This document shows positions 6,903 to 13,295 of a DNA stretch of 13,295 bases, in pieces. Each line of letters opens with the position of its first letter. The first letter of the stretch is position 1. Under the pieces are notes generated by a model. It was given only the letters and a program-made list of their open reading frames with translations, was not told where the DNA came from and searched no databases. Origin of the DNA: Gemmatimonadota bacterium (GTDB taxonomy: Bacteria; Gemmatimonadota; Gemmatimonadetes; Palauibacterales; Palauibacteraceae); assembly GCA_046758745.1 (NCBI GenBank), contig JBHIAV010000063.1:1-13295 (forward strand), in the 5' to 3' direction. The position numbers and the translations under genes are program-made.

Positions 6903-7919
6903 CTAACGTTCGGTGAGCATCCGGTCCAGGACTCCTCGAACTTCGTCGCGCTTTTTCGTCCCGAAGTACCAGTCAATCGTGCGGTGGAGGCCGTCCATGA
7001 ACTTGACCGAGGCCTCCCAGCCCAGCGCTTTCCTGGCCAGGGAGTTGTCAGCCACCCGGTTGTAGGGTCCTGTCGGCATATCCGGGCAGGTCTCGACGAT
7101 CGCCTTGTGGCCCGTGTAACGCAGCACCTCCTCGGCGGCATCCATCACGCTGATGCGTTCCATCGTCCCGAGGTTGATCGCCCGCGCGTCGTCGATCCTC
7201 TCGGCGGCGAGGATCGTCCCGCGCACGATGTCGTCGATGTAGGTCCAGTTGCGGATCTGCTTCCCCGTCCCCCAGATGATGAACGGATCCTGGCCTACGA
7301 ACGCGCGCGCGATCATGGCGATGACGGCATGATTCTCCACGCCGCGCGGGCCATAGACCGTGAAGTACCGGCAGCTCGCGGACTTCAGCCCCCAATCCCG
7401 GTGGTACGCCCTCAGCGTCATCTCGCCCATGAGCTTGGCCCAGCCGTACATGTTGTCGGCGTCGTACGGTGGCCCGACCATCTCCTCCGTGAGAAACAAG
7501 ATCTCCTGCGGATTCGTCTGTATGTGGTTCGGGTAGACGCATCCGGACGACGCGTAGACGACTTTTTCCACCCCGGTGTCGCGACAGGCTCTGAAGACCA
7601 GCCCGTCCAGCAACAGGTTCGTCGCGCAAGCGGCCTGGTGCAGATCGACGTAGCCGCGCCCGCCATGATCTGCGGCAAGGTGGAACACGACGCTCTTGCC
7701 CCTGGCGACGCTCTCCGCGACGCCGGGCTGACGGAGATCGGCCTTGACGAACTCGACCCGCCCGGCTCTCACCTGCTCGTGAATGTTCTCGAGACGCCCG
7801 CTGCTCAGGTCATCGACGACCCACACGCGCGCGCCGCGCTCGACCAGCGCATCCGCGAGGCTCGAGCCGATGAACGACGCCCCACCCGTCACCAGTACCG
7901 GCCGGTCTTTCCAGTCCAT
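6903..7919 (-). CDS. NAD-dependent nucleotide-sugar epimerase/dehydratase (extended SDR, GDP-mannose-3',5'-epimerase-like)
   Basis: Start ATG 7919 (MDWKDRPVLVTGGASFIGS) with a GGAGGG RBS. Motifs VFHLAADHGG, YASSGCVYP, YGWAK (YxxxK), RYFTVYGP and WGTGKQIRNWTYIDD. Confidence 0.92.
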   Translation of the reverse strand: MDWKDRPVLVTGGASFIGSSLADALVERGARVWVVDDLSSGRLENIHEQVRAGRVEFVKADLRQPGVAESVARGKSVVFHLAADHGGRGYVDLHQAACATNLLLDGLVFRACRDTGVEKVVYASSGCVYPNHIQTNPQEILFLTEEMVGPPYDADNMYGWAKLMGEMTLRAYHRDWGLKSASCRYFTVYGPRGVENHAVIAMIARAFVGQDPFIIWGTGKQIRNWTYIDDIVRGTILAAERIDDARAINLGTMERISVMDAAEEVLRYTGHKAIVETCPDMPTGPYNRVADNSLARKALGWEASVKFMDGLHRTIDWYFGTKKRDEVRGVLDRMLTER

Positions 7920-7936
7920 CAGACCCTCCCGCGATG

Positions 7937-8704
7937 TCATTCGTTGCGCCTCAGTCCCGACAACTCCAGGGCCACTCCCCAGACGAACCTCGCTCCTCCT
8001 AGAAGATACCGTCTCCAGAGCCTCCGCGGCTCCTGCATCAGCCGCCACGACCACTCCAGGCCACTCTCGCGCATCCACCGCGGCGCCTGCCGCACCCGTC
8101 CGGTGTGGAAGTCAAAGGCGGCACCCACCCCGACCATCACCGGCACGCGAAGCAGGCCTCGGTTCCGGTGCATCCATAGCTCCTGCTTAGGCGTGCTCAG
8201 GCCCACCCACAACACGTCCGGGCGGGTCTCATTGATCCTCTCGCAGACGTCTTGTCGCTCCTCCTCCGATAGCTCCCTGAACGGCGGCGAATACCATCCC
8301 GCCACTTGCATTCCGGGGAATCGTTCCCTCAACCGGCGAGACAGATCCTCCGCCACGCCCTCGGCCCCGCCGTAGAAATAATGACGATACCCGAGCCCCG
8401 CGCTGATGCGGCAGAACTCCTCCATCAGTTCCGGCCCGTAAACTCTCCTGGGCAGTCGATGGCCGTGCAGCCGCCCCAGCCACACGAGCGACATACCGTC
8501 CGGGACGACGAGGTCCGCGTCTTCCAACGCAACTCTGGCCTTCGTCCCGGGCCGCGCCTCGACCACGCCGTGCATTCCCGTAACGGCCACAATGTGCGGC
8601 CCGCTCTGTGCCCTCACCCATCGGTGCATGCGCTCGACGGCGTCCGGCATCTGGACCGCATCTACGGGGACGCCCAGAACCCTGAAAGAGCCGTTCCTGC
8701 TCAA
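7937..8704 (-). CDS. WecB/TagA/CpsF family (GT26) glycosyltransferase
   Basis: Motifs VLGVPVD, ADLVVPDGM, RVYGPEL, YSPPF, LWVGLSTPKQE, GVGAAFDF, RQAPRWM and GLEWSWRLMQEPRRLWRRY. Start uncertain: TTG 8704 (TTGA overlap with the upstream stop) or GTG 8758. Confidence 0.93.
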   Translation of the reverse strand: MSRNGSFRVLGVPVDAVQMPDAVERMHRWVRAQSGPHIVAVTGMHGVVEARPGTKARVALEDADLVVPDGMSLVWLGRLHGHRLPRRVYGPELMEEFCRISAGLGYRHYFYGGAEGVAEDLSRRLRERFPGMQVAGWYSPPFRELSEEERQDVCERINETRPDVLWVGLSTPKQELWMHRNRGLLRVPVMVGVGAAFDFHTGRVRQAPRWMRESGLEWSWRLMQEPRRLWRRYLLGGARFVWGVALELSGLRRNE

Positions 8705-10020
8705 GATGCGCGTTTCCAGTTTGCGATTGGAGTCCGTCTGTGGTTCGGCTCCACCCACGGTCGGATCGGCTGCTCGGGACGCGAGAAGAGATCTCCGGTT
8801 CTCGCTCGGCTCGGGCCCGGACGATGCGGACCTTTCCCTAGGATCTCCCGCAGCTTCGCAGCCGCTGCCTTGTGGACATCATCCACGGTGACCTCGCGCA
8901 GACAGTAAGGCTCGTCATAGAGGCAATAGTCGGCGCAGGGCCTGCACTCGAAATCCTTCTTGTAGACGACGGAATGCCCGTCACCCACGGGAGCGAACAC
9001 CGCTGGCTCCTGGGGCCCGAAAATCGCCACTACCGGAACTCCGAGCGCCGCCGCAACATGCATAGGGCCGCTGTCGTTGCAGACCAGCAGCGAGCACCGG
9101 CTGAGCACCGCCATGAACTCACGCATCGGAAGGACGACTTCGATGTATCGATGCCCCGCCGCGCGTCCCGGACGCGCCGCTTGATTTTCTTTGAACCAGA
9201 GGATCTTCACATCGAACTGCTCGAGGATCCTCTCAGCCACGGCAGCGAAGCGCTCATCCCCCCACCGCCTGGTGGCGATGCGGGCACCGCTGTGGATACC
9301 GACCAATAATGTGTACTCATCGATCCCACGGGACCCCAGAAACTCCGATGCCCGCCCGCTATCCGCGTCCCCGACCTCCAGCAACGGGGCGGGGCGTTGC
9401 GGCCCCACAGGCGGCTCACGGAGCAGCCGCAGCCAGAGCCTGCTCCGATGGACCAGGCGGTCAGGACACGGTACGTTATCCGTCAGCAGGAACGATCCCC
9501 CGGCTTCTCCGTAGCCCACGCGCCGCCGTGCTCGACTGAGCCAGAGGAGAAAGTGATCCCGAATGTCCATCCTGCCGGCGAAACCCAGATCGAAACCCTT
9601 CCGGCGCAGCCGCCAGAACACCGCCAAGGCGCTCCAGAGCGATGGAGAGAACGGGTTGTACTTACGCCAGCGCCGGAAATGGACGGCCCAGGGGACATCG
9701 ACGCGAATGATCTCGTCCACCACTTTGTCGCCGCGGAGCAGCATCTCGCCCGCCCGGCCGACCACGGCGGTGAGGCGAGCTCGTGGAAACATGCGCCGCA
9801 GTGCAGTCAAGAACGGCAGAGCGATCACGACGTCGCCTAACTGCCAGTACTCGATCACAAGAATGCGCTCCACGGAGCTTATAGCCTCCCGGCCGGTTCT
9901 GGCATCGATCCAGGAGACCAACATTACCCAGGGATAGAGGAGCATCTCGGCCACATTCGTGGCCACGACCCTGAACCATTGCCGTCGTCGCGTGCGCTTA
10001 GCCCATCCGGAGCCCGTCAT
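8701..10020 (-). CDS. Glycosyltransferase family 9 (heptosyltransferase WaaF/WaaQ-like)
   Basis: Motifs ILVIEYWQLGDVVI..PFLTALRRMFP, RRW..ERFAAV, LLVCNDSGPMHVAAALGVPVVAIFGP and C-terminal CRPC..C..C. ATGA overlap with the upstream gene at 10017-10020. Confidence 0.92.
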   Translation of the reverse strand: MTGSGWAKRTRRRQWFRVVATNVAEMLLYPWVMLVSWIDARTGREAISSVERILVIEYWQLGDVVIALPFLTALRRMFPRARLTAVVGRAGEMLLRGDKVVDEIIRVDVPWAVHFRRWRKYNPFSPSLWSALAVFWRLRRKGFDLGFAGRMDIRDHFLLWLSRARRRVGYGEAGGSFLLTDNVPCPDRLVHRSRLWLRLLREPPVGPQRPAPLLEVGDADSGRASEFLGSRGIDEYTLLVGIHSGARIATRRWGDERFAAVAERILEQFDVKILWFKENQAARPGRAAGHRYIEVVLPMREFMAVLSRCSLLVCNDSGPMHVAAALGVPVVAIFGPQEPAVFAPVGDGHSVVYKKDFECRPCADYCLYDEPYCLREVTVDDVHKAAAAKLREILGKGPHRPGPSRARTGDLFSRPEQPIRPWVEPNHRRTPIANWKRAS

Positions 10021-10988
10021 GCCGCATCACCGCGCGAGAGGCAAGATCTTTTCCGGCCGATGACGAAGAGCTCTGCTTCACGGTCCTCCCTGCGCATCCA
10101 CCCGGAGATGAGGAATTCGATGGGGTTCGAGAACGCATCGACTGTCCTTTCGACCATCCGGTACCAGGGACGGTCCTCGTAGATCATCCGCGGGGCGTAC
10201 GCGAAGCCCGACTCCGCTGGCCGGGTCAGTTGCATGAAGATCTGCTTCGCCCGCGCCCTCATCGCTTCGAAGCACAGGCCTCGCGCGTGGCCCCTCATGG
10301 TCTCCCGGTGGACGACATCGAAGCCGTACCGCAGCAGCAGCCCCGTCAGGTTGTCGCGCGAGAACATGCAGACGTGCTCCGGCGGGCTCAGCCACTGCCA
10401 ATGGGGGCCAGCGAGGCTCGCGATCGAGCTCGACATGTTCGGCACCCTGATTGCCAACAGCCCCTGCTCATCGAGCAGGCACCAAGCCTCCCGAATGAAA
10501 CTTCCCGGATCCGGCTCGTGTTCGAGCAGGTGCCAGGCAGCCAGAGCCTGATAGCGACGCCCGGCGGATCCCTTCACGGTCCCGATGGTGCCTTGCCTAA
10601 CGTCGAGCCCTAGCCGTTCCCTCGCAAACCGCGAGGTATCCCTGTTCACTTCCAGACCCGTCACAATCCAGCCACGCCGTTTCGCCGCCAGCAGAAAGTC
10701 ACCGTACGAGCATCCGACCTCGAGAAGCCGGCCCGGCCGCCCAAGCATCCCCTCCAGAAGCGCCAGAACGCGCTCCTCGTCTTTGCGGAAGTTCCGAGAG
10801 CATTCCCGCGGATGGTGATACAGGTCATTGTAGAAGGCCTCCAGCTCCACCGGAGTTGGTCGGGGGTCGAGGTAGACCAGCTTGCAACTCCGACACCGGA
10901 CATAGACCCATCCCCTGACGACGGCGAACTGATCCGCCTGCTCAGTTGCCCCGCCGCAGCACGGGCAATCAGCTTGGCGCTCTGGCAT
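10017..10988 (-). CDS. Class I SAM-dependent methyltransferase with N-terminal Cys cluster
   Basis: CPCC...CRSC N-terminus, motif I LLEVGCSYG, GLEVN, WHLLEH, IRVPN and PPEHV, the type common in glycan loci. Preferred start ATG 10988 (GAGGG upstream); the track start is 11060. Confidence 0.88.
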   Translation of the reverse strand: MPERQADCPCCGGATEQADQFAVVRGWVYVRCRSCKLVYLDPRPTPVELEAFYNDLYHHPRECSRNFRKDEERVLALLEGMLGRPGRLLEVGCSYGDFLLAAKRRGWIVTGLEVNRDTSRFARERLGLDVRQGTIGTVKGSAGRRYQALAAWHLLEHEPDPGSFIREAWCLLDEQGLLAIRVPNMSSSIASLAGPHWQWLSPPEHVCMFSRDNLTGLLLRYGFDVVHRETMRGHARGLCFEAMRARAKQIFMQLTRPAESGFAYAPRMIYEDRPWYRMVERTVDAFSNPIEFLISGWMRREDREAELFVIGRKRSCLSRGDAA

Positions 10989-10989
10989 T

Positions 10990-11438
10990 TTGGCCCTCGC
11001 GTGCCAGCCGAACCTCGCGACACGTCGCGGCGCTACCCCCACCCAGATCGGGGTTCCCAACGAGAGGTGCCTGCCGGACTTCCGGGCCCAGCAGCCATGT
11101 GGTTCCGGCCACCACGAGCGGCATCAGGGCCGGGAACGACAGAACCCAAATCCGCGCATAGTTGGAGTCGATCAGGCCCGGAATCCATCGGCGCTCGGGT
11201 AGCCCCAGTGAGTGGCTTGAAGAATGCGCGGGAACGTAGGCCACGTCGTCTGTCCTCATAGCGTTGGCAACAGACTGCGAGGAGGACGAGACGCCGTGGC
11301 CCAGAGACAATCCATCGGGATTCGCCACCAGTCGACCAGCCTCCTCGCCAGCCGCCGACTGAACGCGCTCGTGCCTGTACCGTTATCCAGGTCAATATCA
11401 CCTTCGGTGCTGCTCCTGGGCTCACTATACTCTCCCAA
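10990..11438 (-). pseudogene. Possible relic of a membrane protein gene
   Basis: A ~450-bp gap in an otherwise tightly packed operon. Short protein-like pieces occur in different frames (RRLVDWWRIP; MRTDDVAYV; LIDSNYARIWVLSFPALMPLVVAGTTWLL), but there is no coherent ORF with a good start. Confidence 0.3.
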
Positions 11439-11439
11439 C

Positions 11440-12264
11440 TCACCTCTCCCTCACCGCAACGAATGCAAAGTAATTCCTTGACCCACCACAGACCTTTCTT
11501 ATCCACCCGTACCGAAGAAAGGAATAGATCAGTGAGTAACCCCTTAGTCCCGATTTGACTGCCGCGTGATGCAATGAGGAAGGGGAGAAGTCGCCGTTCA
11601 GCTGGAAATCAACGAGATCTATCTTGTCTTCGTCGCCTGCCCTACCAATGTGTAAATGCGAGAGCGCAACTGTGACCGCCTTGTGCACCCTCCGCGCGAA
11701 AGGCATCGGAGCGCTGTACCAACCGCACAGGATCCCCACCGCTTCATCCACGATCTCTGAAAGGGCGCGTTTGTCCACGTCAAAACTCTTCCTCAACGGT
11801 TCGTGAATGGCCACGTACGCGCCACCCGGACAAAGGCTTCCTGAAATCCCCATGAATAGATCATCTACGTCATGCACGTGATGAACAAACGATGAGGAGA
11901 AAATAAGATCGAATCCTTGGCCTTGCGCTAGGAACTCCTCGGCGCTACAGACATGAAATTCTCCCCGCGGCACGCGTTGCCTTGCGACGTCGATCATCCC
12001 CTTCGAGACATCAACTCCGGTATAGCTACCGGCGAAAAGGTCTGCATACGAAGCTGTACCACATCCCAGTTCCAAGACGCGTTGAGGGTGGATATGGAAT
12101 CGCTCAAGGATTTCCGTGATCAGCTGGTGGTAAAAGGCACGGCAGTTTGGCTTAGCTACGTGAGATGCTAGCCTTTCATGTGTCCGACTCAGTCTGTCAT
12201 GTATCTGGGCATTTTCTTCCAGGACGGATGCACGAGTGATACGGGTGAGGATGTCTTTATCCAT
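11440..12264 (-). CDS. Class I SAM-dependent methyltransferase
   Basis: Motifs VLELGCGTA, GVDVSKGMI, FDLIFSSSFVHHV and LCPGG..EP. Long ORF in a lower-GC stretch. Confidence 0.88.
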   Translation of the reverse strand: MDKDILTRITRASVLEENAQIHDRLSRTHERLASHVAKPNCRAFYHQLITEILERFHIHPQRVLELGCGTASYADLFAGSYTGVDVSKGMIDVARQRVPRGEFHVCSAEEFLAQGQGFDLIFSSSFVHHVHDVDDLFMGISGSLCPGGAYVAIHEPLRKSFDVDKRALSEIVDEAVGILCGWYSAPMPFARRVHKAVTVALSHLHIGRAGDEDKIDLVDFQLNGDFSPSSLHHAAVKSGLRGYSLIYSFLRYGWIRKVCGGSRNYFAFVAVRER

Positions 12265-12502
12265 CGTTATCTTCTATATGAATCTACTGGCCATGCTGTG
12301 GTGCAATCCTGTCATTCAGACCTGAATGTGGCGCACGGCGCCGTGGGCAGGTAATGGTATGCCTCGAGTTCTCCTTAGTGCCCCTCCGGAGAATTGTGAA
12401 GCCGCGGGGGCTGAACTCATCCCGACGCGACCACCCGCTCAAGGACATCCGCCGCAAAGAGAACGGCCGGGACGAGACCCCGAACGTGGCCATACAAAAA
12501 GA

Positions 12503-13092
12503 GGCTCCTCTCCAAAGTTTGTGAAGGTGCTGTAAGCGCCTGAAGCCGAAAGCGCATCGGCCATCCGGCTATCCGTCGCGGGTGTGGAGGCCTACGAGAG
12601 GAGGGCCGGAGCCAATGCGCCTGGAGACTTGTATCAGAAAGGGGCTGCCTCTGAAAGCCCCCCGGGTTCGCGAGGTGCGCGAGGAGGCGGGCCATTTGAT
12701 TGCCGAGATCGACTGGATCAAGGGGCGGCAGCTGAGCTGCACCGTCTGCTCGCGGCGAACGGGGCGGATCCACGGGCGGCAGGCGCCGCGGACGTGGCGC
12801 GACCTGCGGATACGCGACCCGGACCTGGTGCTGCGCTATGCCCCGCGACGCATACGCTGCCCGGCTTGTGGTCCTCGGGTGGAGCACCTGCCCTGGGCCG
12901 CGAAGTGGCAGGGCCTCACCCGCTGGCTGTCGCTGGCCATCGCCAGGTTGTCCAGGTGCCTGTCGTGGAAGGAGACGGCCACTCACTTCGGGGTGGACTG
13001 GAAGACGGTGGCGGCGGCTGTCCGGGGCGCCGTGGAGCGGGGTCTGAAGCTGCGTGTCGGGAAGCCTCTCCACATCCTCGGCATCGACGAGG
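12503..13092 (+). mobile_element. ISL3-family insertion sequence, left part (interrupted)
   Basis: Begins GGCTCCTCTCCAAAGTTTG (ISL3 ends typically start GGCTC), right after AT-rich CAAAAAGA (a typical ISL3 target), and is followed by an ISL3 transposase N-terminus. Confidence 0.82.
12615..13092 (+). pseudogene. ISL3-family transposase, N-terminal part, interrupted by IS21
   Basis: ATG 12615. Zinc finger CTVC...RTWRDL...RRIRCPACG.RVEHLPWA, HTH (SWKETATHFGVDWKTV) and the start of the DDE domain (ILGIDE). Similarity ends there and the frame stops at 13145 inside the second element. Confidence 0.9.
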
Positions 13093-13110
13093 TGTCGCCT
13101 ATGAGCGTAT

Positions 13111-13163
13111 ATGTCCTGAGATCGCCGATTCAAGAAGTCCGCTGATCGCCGGTGACCATGTCC
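13111..13163 (+). repeat. IS21 subterminal imperfect direct repeats (putative IstA binding sites)
   Basis: ATGTCCTGAGATCGCCG (13111-13127), AAGTCCGCTGATCGCCG (13135-13151) and a partial ATGTCC (13158-13163); period 23-24 bp. Confidence 0.7.
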
Positions 13164-13196
13164 CTTCCGCCGAGAGGGTGCGGGAGGGAGGGACCG

Positions 13197-13295
13197 GTGC
13201 TGAGGAAGGAGGACTTCACGGTGATCCAAGCCTTGGTCAAGAGAGGGGTCTACTTGTGTGACATCGCCCGTGAGCTGGGAGTCCATCCCCGGACG
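13197..13295 (+). CDS. istA: IS21-family transposase IstA, N-terminal fragment (runs off window)
   Basis: GTG start after GGAGGGAGGG; MLRKEDFTVIQALVKRGVYLCDIARELGVHPRT is an IstA-type N-terminal HTH. Not in the ORF track. Confidence 0.85.
   Translation, partial: MLRKEDFTVIQALVKRGVYLCDIARELGVHPRT

Larger units (their letters stand above)
13093..13295 (+). mobile_element. IS21-family insertion sequence, left end (partial)
   Basis: Starts TGTCGCC (IS21 ends begin TG), carries subterminal repeats and is followed by an IstA-like N-terminus. Confidence 0.82.

Noticed and set aside
7920..8078. N-terminal extension of the epimerase in the ORF track
   Set aside because: It overlaps the GT26 3' end; the RBS and Rossmann motif place the start at 7919.
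12417..13286. 289-aa minus ORF and 225-aa plus ORF (12584..13261)
   Set aside because: Both cross the IS boundaries and are shadow frames of the transposase fragments.
1..13295. CRISPR array, tRNA/rRNA, or defence/toxin systems
   Set aside because: No regularly spaced repeats, RNA-gene signatures or matching protein motifs were seen by eye.

Overview
High-GC bacterial window in which nearly all real genes lie on the minus strand. In transcription order (right to left) there is first a surface-glycan cluster: two class I SAM methyltransferases, a GT9 glycosyltransferase, a WecB/TagA/CpsF glycosyltransferase and a GME/Fcl-like NAD-dependent epimerase. Next is an unrelated block: a secreted membrane-anchored protein, an internally deleted and frameshifted histidine-kinase pseudogene, its OmpR-type regulator with a degenerate receiver, and a zinc-ribbon DUF2007 protein. 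Then come a DegT-family aminotransferase, wecB, and a soluble GAF-GAF-HisKA_3-HATPase kinase that is missing from the ORF track and runs off the left edge. At the right end an ISL3 element sits upstream of the glycan genes and is itself interrupted, just after its first catalytic Asp codon, by an IS21-family element running off the right edge. GC content falls visibly toward the IS. I found no CRISPR array, rRNA or tRNA, and no clearly new multi-gene system. The best leads are the Cys-bearing GAF kinase, the decaying two-component pair, the Cys/His epimerase and a possible C-terminal sorting tail. All assignments come from motif recognition by eye, with no database searches.
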